NCBI GenBank assembly: GCA_973895155.1
Contig: OZ316898.1
Coordinates: forward strand, 19,045,292 to 19,109,291
DNA length: 64,000 nucleotides
DNA from: Marsupella aquatica
Taxonomy: Eukaryota > Plantae > Marchantiophyta
Reading direction: 5' to 3'
Shown: one piece after another, positions 1 to 11,599 of the stretch
Position numbering within the stretch: position 1 is the first letter of the stretch
Layout of the letters: each line of letters opens with the position of its first letter
Notes under the pieces: generated by a model
The model's input: the letters and a program-made list of their open reading frames with translations, nothing else
Told to the model about the DNA's origin: nothing
The model's database searches: none
Made by a program: the position numbers and the translations under genes

Positions 1-830
1 TCCAATTGCTCACGTTCTTGGCCGCCGATGCATTGCCCTCGTGCATCACTGTCGTCAGAAAGATCACCAAATTGTTCGCTATTCCATAGCAAGCTATATT
101 CGTAAAAACCTGCAACACTGGACATCACGCTCACAAGTTAAAACAATCCGACTTACAGCTACGATCAACATAGTTGAAACTGAGGACATCCTCATACATA
201 AGAATCATATATCCTATGACTGAGCTTCTGTCAATTTTGGAACTGGAAATGTTTATATACGAAGTGAGTTCATCATTCAGATTGGTCATTACATTTCAGT
301 GTTCTTGATCATGATATGTGATCGGAGCTGGATATAGATCAAAATTAGACAGAACTCCACTCTGAGGGTCTTGCCGTGAATTTTCACGATTTCAAGAATG
401 CCAGGATGAAGATTTTATTTAAATCTCTTAGGTCTTGCCAGCATTTAAAAATGAATGGCTTGGTTATTCAGTCATGCTGCGCTTCATGTTTCTGGACGCT
501 GGCAGTAGCAGATGCAGAAACCGGGGAAATTTGTGGGGGAAATTTGAAGGAGACTCAGACCAGATATGCATGAAACAAGTATATAACTGTTGCCATGTGA
601 TCCGGGCAGACAGATTGAGATCGAAAGGGACTACCTAAAATAAACCTGGCGGCTTTCCAGCCACCCGAATTCTTTCTCGAGGCTGGTTTTCCATGTCTGT
701 CCACCGTCCCGTCGTGCGTCAGCTCCTCTTTCTCTTTCTCTTTCTCTTTCTCTTTCTCTTTCTCATCAGCATCAGCATCACGAGACTCGTTGCCTGTAAC
801 AGAGCCGAGATCGGTATCTGATCCCATCAT
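1..830 (-). CDS. NPF (NRT1/PTR family) transporter, first two exons; gene continues off the left edge
   Basis: Exon 1 is 830-635 (MMGSD...THDGTVDRHGKPASRKNSGGWKAARFIL), the typical NPF N-terminus, ending at a phase-1 GT donor at 634. Exon 2 is 117-1 after a CAG acceptor and reads (V)LQVFTNIACYGIANNLVIFLTTVMHEGNASAAKNVSNW, matching NPF TM1-TM2. An alternative ATG lies at 839. Confidence 0.9.
729..765. repeat. (TTTCTC)n microsatellite encoding an EK repeat in the NPF N-terminus
   Basis: Direct hexamer repeat in the sequence; translates to EKEKEKEKEKE on the minus strand. Confidence 0.85.
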
Positions 831-2280
831 TCTTCTCATGTTGGTCAGAATATATAGCGCCCACGTTGTCCTCTTCATTTTGCCATAGGTCAATCAGATT
901 GCAAGGCAGCAAATTCTCCGAGAAGTGGACCGGGATCGGTCGAACCATGCAGAATGCCAATCCGGGCCAATCACGACAGCATCTGTCTGAAGACGATTGA
1001 GCCCACTCACACAAGTAACTGTCGTTCAAGCTGTTGTGCCTCGATTGATACTTTCACGGCTATCCTGGACGTCATGAAAATCGGGACTAACTCGCTTAAC
1101 TGGTTATCGTTTCGGACCGTTCCTTGAAGATGAAGACCCTGTGTGGTCGCCCGCGTGGTCGTTCATACCTTGAGATCAAGCCAACATGATGTGCGTTCTG
1201 CAGACTCAAATTTTCGACTCATGAGTGGTTTGTATACAAAACAGTGGATACCATCAATGTTGCAACAGCTGTAGGAGATGTACAAAATTTGTTGTTTCCA
1301 TTCGGTACACATATATGCCAAGTTGTGGACAGAGAGGTTCGAAACAAAACATGGGGCATTCGCATGGGCCTGGAGCTCCTGCTCATCACTCTTGTGACGA
1401 ATATGTGACGATCAAAACTTCATGAGGTAGGTGGGTACAGCAGGTAGGCAGGCAGGTAGGTGCCCTCCAGTATGTCTTCCAGGATCTCCCAGCGGAAGGT
1501 AAGAGGTCATAAAACTTTGAACGGTTTCATAATCTTTACTCCTTGACAGACTCGTTATGCGACTATATCTGCAAGAGCTTAACGAAATTCATTCACTCAT
1601 ACTCAGGCCAGGCCCTTGCAAAATACATTACAGATCATGGAAGTGAAGTACTTGACCACGTGGAACACCGTTTCTTTGCAGTAAACTAGAACTTTATCAC
1701 CCTACTGCACATGGATGATGATCCCTGTCCGGACCGACTGCCGCAGACAACTACCTTCCTTCCTTCCAAATTCTGTCCCTGCGATGAATCACAATGCCGG
1801 TACCTCCGCCGGGATATCTTTCCTCACTCATCTCGATGCCGTGCGACGAAGGCACATTAAGGATTTTCTAGTTCGGCCCGGAGAAAGATCATTTGTTTGT
1901 TCAGACGCGTAACAATTATCGTCTTTAATTTGCAGGTGCTTTGAGATTTGATGCAATCCAGTCTCTAGCCGGCCAAAATTTAGCACATCTTGGCCCACCT
2001 CAAAGATTCAATTCAACCCATTCAAATCCTGATCAGTCGAAGGAAATTAACATTAGTGCAGAAAGGATGGAGCCGATCCCAGGTCATCTTGGTGTCATAG
2101 ATCTTCTAGTGTCGGCGTTTGGTTTGGTTCAGAAACGCCATTTGTAAGTCAAGCAACGCCGAAATCAATTCATTGAGGAGGGTAATATTCGCTTCATTGT
2201 AATCTTTAGCAGATCACAAACTGGCACAGTTTGACCCTAAACTTCAACCCTTTCAAATCTTGACCCACCAAGGACATTCA

Positions 2281-2322
2281 TTCACATTGATCGATTCACA
2301 TTGATCGATTCACATTGATCGA
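2281..2322. repeat. 14-bp tandem repeat x3 (TTCACATTGATCGA)
   Basis: Three exact copies visible. Confidence 0.9.
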
Positions 2323-2713
2323 TAATACAGATAATTTCATCTTGGCATTCAAGAGTCTCCGTGTTTGTCTCATCCCCAGTCTCATCGTAGGAGCACCAGT
2401 GTATGCACAGATATTTTGGAGCAACAAAGTCCGAATGCAGTTTACTGGAGCATTCTGAAAAGCGCTGGCAGTCCACAAGTAGGCACGGCTCGGTCCACGT
2501 CAATGATTCAAACCCCTTCAAATCCTGATCCACCGAGAGAGATTTGCTTCCAACCAGAAAAGATCTTACTAGCTTCTGTAATTGGCTGTTTGTGAAGACC
2601 TTATGTAAAACAAAAGTGCCCATATGTATGTGCTTTCGTTTCCCATCCCTATTGCTCTAGTCTGCTTTGTAGCGGCGATTGACCTTGTACTGAGAAAAGA
2701 TTGTGAGTAAAAT

Positions 2714-2790
2714 AGTAAATGTACGTAGAAAATGATTTGGAATCCACAAGATTGTAAGTAAATGTACGTAGAAAATGATTTGGAATCCAC
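2714..2790. repeat. ~43-bp tandem duplication
   Basis: AGTAAATGTACGTAGAAAATGATTTGGAATCCAC occurs twice in tandem. Confidence 0.85.
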
Positions 2791-3689
2791 GATCATGGAG
2801 ATATTTCTGTTATGTGCAGTGTAATATCCGAAAGTTGTAAAGTTGGTGTGGTCACGAAAGTTTCTGGGACAGATACGGCTGTATTCCCGGCGGGTTGCCA
2901 GCATGACGAAGACCAATTCAAGAAGGATTGCGTGGGAGAGTACTGAGTGTCCGGTATCGCAGAATCTGATCCTGGACTCGATCCTTTCTGCACCCGGATC
3001 ACCCCGAATCTCGGCATGAATCAAACGAACAGTCAGTCTAGAACAAACATTTCGATGTCAGCGATTCTCGACGTGTTCAGCGTGTGGGAATTCGATATCA
3101 AACGTCCCCAGCATGATCTTTAGAAACAAGCCCAGTCCGAGACTGTCTATCCGAGGGATGATTGGCAGGCTACGGAGTGGCCAATGGCAGCCATATTTCC
3201 AATGACATTTTATTTGAGCGGAGAGATGGAGATGGCGTCGCTAGTATCACTTCATATCCTCTAAGAAGTCGCACTCCGGGACAGTTTCACCCATACAGTA
3301 GTTGTAGGAGTCAGAGCTCTGTCATCAATTAAGGGCCAACCTCTCAAACTTACAACCAAAACGATTTGGCAGCCATTCATAGATTTAGTAACTTAGATTA
3401 CCGAACAAAAAAAGGCTACTAATCGATCCTTTGACAAAGAACGATGGACTTGCTGATATTTCTGTTTATTAATGTTTGAACACACCAAAGTTGATCTAGA
3501 TTTTGCTCATCTATCATCACATCATTTAAAAAACTGGTGAACGAAAATAAATGACAATCAAAGTGTTCATCGCAGCCTCACAGTCAGGGGACCACACCAT
3601 TACATTTCAAGCAAAGACTTCGCACCTACAATCGAATATATCACTTTTACAGTTACCAACTCAACTGGCAAGAGCAGTCTAGGTGACAG

Positions 3690-6600
3690 CTAGAAACTCA
3701 GACCGCCAAAAGCACCTAAAAGATTATTGAGTACACCAAATGCACCTCCACCCTGCATAACAGTAGATGGATCCAACCCTTCACCTCCCAAGAGAGATGA
3801 GAAATCCACATTACCACCACCAAAAACTCCCATGAGAGACGAAAAATCCACATCACCACCACCAGAATTACCTCCCATGACAGACGAAAAATCCACATTA
3901 CCACCACCAGAATTATCTCCCATGAGAGATGAACAGTCCACACCACCTCCATTGTTACTTCCGAAGAGAGATGAATAATCCACACCACCCCCACCCCCAC
4001 CCGCTCCCCCTCCCCCTCCCCCTCCGCTAGCATCGGCCAGCTTCTGCAAAAATTGCTGCAGATGTTGGCTCTGAACCTCCTGAGAATTGTGTTGATGTCG
4101 CATGAAAGACTGTATTTCCTGTTGCCTTTGGGCCGTTTGCATACCGTAGTATTTATATAAGATGATCATTTGCTGCTGCTGGGTGAGAGCGCTCACGTTA
4201 AAACTGTTGTTGTTTGGTACTGCTGTGTCAAGGTAGAATTGAAGAGCATTAGTAATTGCCCTATTCAGCCCGCATTTGAATATATATTATTCTCCTCAGT
4301 AGGGAGAATTACGTAAACCGACTGGAGAGAGTAGGTGAACATGCAGCTTCTCTTGTCCTACAAAATGAGAGGAGTAATGCTCTGAAATCTGATTCATCCA
4401 ACTGAATTGAGCAGATATTTAAGAGAACATTTTCAGCTTAAAGACCACATTTTCAGCTTAAAGACCAAATTCCTTACCTCCGGGTGCAGCTGCTTGAAAT
4501 AAATTTCCCTGATAGTGACCTGGTGGAGGAAAGCCACGAGCAGGGTAGGAATCAGGATACGAATTCTGAGGAGGGTGGAGAGAAGCGGAGTAACCGTATG
4601 AATGCTGGTATGGTGCAGCAGTTCCTGGAGGATATGCTAAAGGCGGTCCTGTAGCAGGGCTTGGTTGAGTAAACAGGACATTTCTCTGTAAATACTGTTG
4701 AGGATGAGTGGAACTGGGTACAGGAGCAGACCTATTACTGTAAGGACTGGAATATGCAGCTGACTGATTGGGGATTGGGGAGGATTTCGGCGCCACATTG
4801 GGTGGTGATGCTTGTAAGACATTTGACAGTGCCCGTGGAGGCTCCACTTTAGTGAAGTGGGATTTCTTCTCCTTCTTGATGTGGAAGTAGCATAAAAGAC
4901 ACACATTCTTCTTGTTCTCCTTTCTGTCATAAACAACCGCAAGGGAACTATTCAATTGGTGAGGGTAGACATGTGCAAACTGGTGATACTTCGTACAAAG
5001 TGGAATTAGTAAAACTTGACAACTGAAACCAAACAGAGTCTACGACTTGAAGAAAGGAAAGGTATGCTACTGTTCCCACTGGACTAGATCGCATTGGTCC
5101 CTTTTAACAGGGCAAAAACTCCAAACGAAACGTGCGGTAAATGAGAGACCTCAGCAGAGAATTCTTCTGAATTATGCATACTTTGTCAAAATTCCACCTG
5201 CACCCTGTTTATGAATTGACATGAACATCGCGAATCAAACTTCGCGCACACTTGGCGATCCCCGGATGAAATCCTTACCTCTGGTTGTTGTAACTTGGTC
5301 CATAGATAGGAAAGTCTCCACAGTAGAAGCAGAAAATAGCATTAAGATGAAATGTAACTAAGCCTACAACGAAGTCTCCCTCGTTGAATTTTCCTTGAAT
5401 CAGCGCGTGATCGTGACAATGCGCACAAAGATCATAATTGGAATTCCTGCCACATCCACTTGTGCCCATCAGAGCAAGACTCGATGTACTTCGCAAGGTC
5501 CATTAATTGTTGATGTTTTAGAATTCCAAGTTTATGTAATAGATACATGAGGAAGAGCTCTATCAAGGCCATAGAGAATGGCCGATCCAAATAATGTGGG
5601 CGAGCTTCAGAGGCGCACAACGAGGAAAAATATCTGTACTTCTTTCTGTCATATGACTATTGTGCAAGAAAACTTTAAGGTTTTTTACTCAAGCTCTTTA
5701 ACCCCTCTGTTTCATTTGAATTCAAACATATCGGGTCGCTGTCTTCTTTAATTATTCTACAGAAACTGGCGGGAAACTATGAATGATCAAAAGTGGTCTC
5801 TTTGTTTGCATCTTCGAGTTCAAAAATATCCGTCTCTATATTTTTTGGCTGAGTGAATCCTTACAACTAAGCTTTGTAGTTCCTGCTCAATTGAACTATC
5901 TGCATGACTGTTCGATGAAATTGACTTCCACCAAAATAAAATCTTCGATACAGTAGTCGTGCTAACTACATGATTAGACACATGGTTCGGATGATCATAC
6001 TCTGACTTGACTCTGTGATGAGATTCTCCTAAGGGACACTGCAAATCAGGTCTTAGGTTGAGTGACAGTTTAGCAAAAACTTTCGGGAGTTTATGCCCGA
6101 AATTGGGCATTATTACTTTCATCCCTTTGTGTCACAAATAAATGATCACAGATTCCAAAAGTTTTGTGAATCAGCGCGTCATTCTAGTTTCCAAGCGAAC
6201 AAAGCGACACAATTTTTTCCTTTCATTTTCAATCTTATTGGTCATTGGCAGGTATCCAGACTTATACAGTATCACAGATTCTAAAGCTGAATTCTGTGAG
6301 ATTCAACGTGTAATTCAAGTTCTATGTGTTCCACAAAGGTACACATACTTTTATCAATCCTCCTTTCATTCGTAGGCATGCCGGATCAGTAGTAAAAGGT
6401 TTTGTTTATTTTTGTAGCTTCCAGGTGAATTGATCGACTAATTATTCCAAGAAATGTATACAGAAGGATAAAGCAGGTAGAACGTGGAAACTGTATTAGT
6501 ACTGCTCTATGGAGGACCAGTTATCTGGCTGACCCAGACTGAGTGATACTTACTTGATGGAGGTGTAACAGGGGCCCCTTATAGGGTATGAATGGCACTC

Positions 6601-8048
6601 ATCGCAAGTCTTGTCAAAGTTGAGGGCAGGGTGGTACTTCTTGCCTTTGGATCTTATCCTTGTTTCCTTTATGATCTTGAAGTCAGACTCTAGTGTCTTC
6701 CGGGAGCTTGTGGTCCTTGTGAAGCATACCTGACACAGGTCAATGTTTGCTTGCCTGTCACAATTTGCAAATTAAATTAGATGAAGAACTTCATTCAATT
6801 CAAGCAAGTGTCCGAAAGAAAGCATATCAATCATTAAACTGCATCATTGTCAGCCCGATATTTTTATCCCCCTTTAATTTCAATACCTGGAAATGGTTTT
6901 TAGTCAGGTGATTAAGTTGGGCAGTGAAAATTACTTGCTGCTCGAGAGTAATCAGCAGGATCAGAACACAGAATCCGGGGGACATAAATGTAAATTGCTC
7001 CAGGGTAATGCTGGAATCCTTGAGGCAATCATTTATAGAATTGTGTCAACAAGTCAGCAAAAGACCAGAGGAGATTGTAGTGAATGCGGTGACTCACGTT
7101 TTGTGCTGGTAACGAGGTCCTTTGATTGGTGCAGCTCCGCAGTCGTGGCATTCAATGTAATATATCTGGTAGGGCTTCGACGCCGGACACCTTTCTATCC
7201 GAATGAAGTGCCGTTGTGCTACTGGTGATTCTCGGCGAAAGCATGATGAGCAGAGGTCGAACTCTTGACGTCTGTCGAACATGTCACATACCAAAGCAAC
7301 GAATCACAACTGAGACGGAAAAGAGAATATGTGGATTACTTTACGAATTTCATATCATGTGAATAAACGAGCGTCTTGAACTTCTTGATGCGATCGTTGA
7401 GGAACATACTCCCCTTTTCAATCGCATTTGATTTCAAGTAACTGTCCCACTGCTCTGTCTCTCTTCATGGGCACAACTGGCCGACTGTTTTCTTGAGTTG
7501 GGGCTTCGTTTCAGGACCAGAAAAGCTACGAACTGCAATTTACTTCCCTTTCCAGTTTTTAAACTGGTGTTTCAGCCGTAGAACATGCTCAAACTAACTC
7601 GGTATTCTATCCCTCTTCGCCAAATGGGTTAATTAACGTATAAACTTTCACTCATCATCCTTTTGAAAAATATGGCAACTGATTAGTGTCTCCACGTGGT
7701 CCCTCTATTCTGAACTCTCACTCTTTGTGATGTTACCTAAGCTCCTAACGGTGGCCACAAATTGCAACTGGTAAACTTTCTCATTTTCCACTCCATTTCA
7801 CACATGGAGAAAGTACAACAGCTCTCAAACAGATGACAGACTGCCACTTCCTCAACGAAACGAATGCCGAAATAGATTTGACAGAATTTGACAAAAGCTA
7901 ATGAGCCTCGTTATACTTACATTTGACATTTGTACCGGTAACCAGAAATGGGACTTGCACGACACTTATCGCAGCAGACCTCAGTGTGGAGCCAAGGGCA
8001 GATAAGATTACCACCAGGACCAGCCGCTACCGACCGTTTTCCAGACAT
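3690..8048 (-). CDS. Six-exon ~549-aa protein: four tandem ZZ-type zinc fingers, Pro/Tyr-rich linker, Gln-rich helix, Gly-rich tail with repeated VDFSSL motifs
   Basis: Exons are 8048-7921, 7271-7098, 6754-6554, 5446-5279, 4923-4478 and 4222-3690. All introns are GT-AG and all phases are compatible (1650 nt, TAG at 3690). Spliced fingers: CDKCRASPISGYRYKCQIRQEFDLCSSCF, CHDCGAAPIKGPRYQHKTQANIDLCQVCF, CDECHSYPIRGPCYTSIKNSNYDLCAHCH and CFYCGDFPIYGPSYNNQRKENKKNVCLLCY, matching the ZZ pattern CxxC...PIxGxRY...DLCxxC. The start codon is assumed. Confidence 0.85.
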
Positions 8049-10247
8049 CGCATTGACCTCAGCACTTTCAGGGAAATGCTTCGTAGTACACCGTCTCTCC
8101 AACAATGGGAGTACCCGTTATCAGGTGGTACTTTGCGGTCCAGGAACCAGTAACTATCTCATGATCTCTGTCCCAGTACTCCGGTTGTTCAAACCGAGTC
8201 GGTGATTAGATTGGGAATGCTAAATTGTCACTCAAAATTTGTGTCACCTCTACAAATGCAGGCTCCGACCATTCCCAGCGAGAGAGGAGATAAGTTTTCC
8301 CGAGAATTTTAATGTTAGCAATGCTAGAGGAGCCCCAGATTGGAGCAGTATGGAGCTGGGCCGCTCCAACCTTAAGGTTAGCTAGAAACTGTGCAATCAG
8401 CTGTAGGGGTGTCTACGCTACACTCTGGTTCCGCATTCGCCTGGACGCAATAGATCTTTCTATATTGTTAACCATTTAGCCTCTGGACTGACCTCAACGC
8501 CAGATGAGAGATGAGCTCCAAGATCAGTCATACGCGTTCCGGTTGAAATACAGACCAGCGAAGAGTGCAATCACCGTGTTCCGGCGGCACATCTACAGTC
8601 AGCTAGCCTGTGATTGATGTGCTGTCAAATCCCATCCAAGTTGACTGACTACTCGCCCACAACGCAGAATCTCCCACTCTAACTCAAAATACAGCGGAAC
8701 TGAGCTGGTCCGGGATCGCGGACGGAACTCCTAGTACATCGAGATTAGAAGGGGGTCTGAGTACAGTAAATCCGAACTCACCCACAATGCTGTACTCACT
8801 CCAGAGATTGAGTCGTCCTAGACGTCAATGAGGGAGATGGATGCCCGTCTACGATTGAGCCCCAATATTATAAGCATTGAGAGTTGCCCACATGCTGCAC
8901 GATGAGAGAGAGAAAAGCTACGTTTCTGGTCTGTGGGGTTTCTAGGAAAGTGTGATTTTAATGGAACTGACGAGAAGGCAAAGTCAACATCAGCGCAACA
9001 AAGAAGGCTCCATAATTATATAATTTATATTGCAGTTCATAATGCCTTACCCGGCAGATTCATGATGGAACAGTGAACGAAAGTACACGAGCAATAACGA
9101 TGGCCACTGTATTGCTCGACCTCCCCCAAGTGAATCCTGAGGAGCTTCTTCACAATCGGAGTACGTTGCAGTCAGAAAGGCGAATTTCCACCATCCTTCG
9201 TTGCGAGAATTCTTTGCTAGAGGTCAACTATGCTCAGATGGTTCTCAAGATTGGCGTGAATAGTATCCAGTTTGATTCGTTTGCAAGTTGTTGAGTTATC
9301 ATGACAGCAGATAGAGCTCAGAACGTCATTGGAAAGGATAGAGCCTCATATTTTTGTAGTAAACGTATCCGGAGGAGAGGGAAAACCATGGATTGTCCAT
9401 CCGGTGCTGTAGTTGTTCTTTCCGTGGAAAGTCAAGGCAAGTCAAGCACTATGTAACACTTGATCAGAGTGCTGACATTGATCAATTGAAACGTGGGTGA
9501 TGGGGTTGCAGGAGAGTATTTTTTAGTTGCAACTTTCGCCAAATTCCGCGTCCCCATCCAGTTTTGGCTAAAATTTGCTAGATTCTTTGTATGCCATTCG
9601 TCACTTTCCCACCAAATCATGGACCCCATTCGCCACAATCTAATGGTTGTCCATAAATAAATATAGAGATATCTGAGAGTGAGAATATAATCTAGTAAAA
9701 ACTGATTTTTAGCATCTCCTCCCTTAGAGTGGCTGACATTTGCCACACTGGCTAAAAAATAAAAAATAGGCTGCCTTGCTGGGAAAGAACCCCTGACAAG
9801 GCACCGTGTTTGAAAGGGTTTTGTTGGGGCCCAGGCCCTCCAGCCCCTCACACATTCCCTGCCACCCGAGCACCTCTAACCCTTGGAGTGCTCCACATTC
9901 AATCAGCCTGGTACTCGCCAGATCTGATATTGGGGCCCTCAATCACATGGTCATGCTGTACTAGGGTGTCTCAAAGTTGCCCTTCCCCATTTTTTAGGTC
10001 AGCTGCTGTACAATATTCTGGTTCACAACGCTGACCAAATCCCAACTTCAGAGCAAAATTAACTCAGAGGTTTTTCAGTCGAGACAGGTCATAACACCCG
10101 CCTACGAGATAACTCAACTCCAGTTTGTGCAGACCAATATTGGTGTGGATGCCAGTGGCATGACCATAGAAGCTAGCAGTGGTTACGGGACCAGTTAGAG
10201 ACTTCCGTAAATCTGTGAAATTCCATGTCACGCTATAAATGTCCAGC

Positions 10248-10495
10248 CCTTAGATGGTTTGAATCAAACAATCTACATCCATTTTGTGCGTGAAGACTCG
10301 TGTGAAGGCTCATGTGGCCTCTCAAGTGAAAATGAACCTTCATACCGTTAGATGTTTTGAATCCAACCATCTAGATTATTTTTGTGTGCGAATACTTGTG
10401 TGTCCCTAAACTCAATGCAAAAAGAACTTTCATACCATTAGATGTTTCGAATCCAACCACCTATATTGCTTTTGTGTGTGAAAACTCATGTGAAG
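10248..10495. repeat. Degenerate ~95-bp tandem repeat x3
   Basis: Recurring TTAGATG...GAATC(C/A)AAC(C/A)A(T/C)CTA...TTTTGTG...TGTG units. Confidence 0.65.
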
Positions 10496-11014
10496 AATAA
10501 TGCCACTTCTTGACGCAAACAACTCTATCAAACTAAACATATCCATGCTTGGATTTGACATAAGTAGGTTATGCCCTTTATGGCGCCTAATGAATAAGAA
10601 TAACTTGGATAGTAATTGGGCTTTGAAAAAAAACAATATTTAAACATCCATAAAGTCTTGTTGTGTCCAGGTTGGGTAACTAAGTGGATTTACAAAATTT
10701 GCCACTAATAAATAAGCATGGTAAGAAACATATATTAAAGCATTCTCTCAACCCTCTTGAAGGGCACCATACAAGTAAATTGGGAAAGACTGTCTAGATT
10801 AGAAATATAATTAGGGGTTAAAGGTCGATCATGAGGAAGGTGAGTGCATAAGCTCGGGTTTGGTCATGGGAAGCTTACATTGAAGTTTAGTGCAAGGATT
10901 ATTAAGATGTTAACATGTGGAAGGGCTTAGTTATGAAAATATTGTTTTGAAGTGGTAGTTAATGATATTAGATTATTGTAATGTAAACTCTAGAGTATTA
11001 TAACCAAGGTTGCT

Positions 11015-11592
11015 TTAAGTTACAACTTGTCTAACAATACTCAAACCCCTTGCATATGTGTGTGTACCAATTGCCTTAACTTATGACCTTATTGATTTTG
11101 AAGTTACAACTAAGGTCAAACATTATATATATTGACCCTTGTAGATGTGTGTACGAGAATGCCTTAACTTGTAACCTTATATTGATTTTGAGTGTTATAA
11201 CTAGGGCAAACTGTACACCGACCCTTGCAGATGTGTGTACCAGAATGCCTTAACTTGTAACCTTATATTGGTTTTGTGTGTTACAACTGGGGTCAAACTG
11301 TACACCGACCCTTGCAGATGTGTGTACCAGAATGCCTTAACTTGTAACCTTAGTTATATTGATTTTGAGTGTTACAATTTGGGTCAAATAGTACACTGAC
11401 CCTTACAAATGTGTGTACCAAAGTGCCTTAGTTAACTTGTAACTTTATATTGATTTTGAAGTTACAACTGGGATCAAACAATACACTAACCTTTGTAGAT
11501 GTGTGTACCATAATGCCTTAACTTGTAACTTTATTGATTTTGAATTTATAGCTGGTGTCAATTAGTATATCGACCCTTGCATATGTGTGCAT
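11015..11592. repeat. ~87-91-bp tandem minisatellite, ~6.5 copies
   Basis: Unit ACCCTTGCAGATGTGTGTACCAGAATGCCTTAACTTGTAACC...; starts near 11046, 11134, 11221, 11308, 11399, 11489 and 11573. Confidence 0.9.
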
Positions 11593-11599
11593 TATAGTT

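Noticed and set aside
2569-3024. 151-aa and neighbouring short ORFs (also 9432-9851, 22398-23766, 31815-32305, 42916-43192)
   Set aside because: No recognisable domains or consistent splice structure; most have non-ATG starts or overlap low-complexity or repeat DNA.
3716-4033. Repetitive ORFs 3716-4033 (-) and 3727-3978 (+)
   Set aside because: They are alternative frames of the Gly-rich repeat exon of the ZZ gene.
5820-6122. 100-aa minus-strand ORF as an extra exon of the ZZ gene
   Set aside because: It has no ZZ motif, and the flanking exons join in frame to form a complete finger without it.
11015-11592. Regular repeats here and at 27687-29337 as possible CRISPR arrays
   Set aside because: Whole units are repeated with no unique spacers, no cas genes are present, and the context is eukaryotic. 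These are ordinary satellites.
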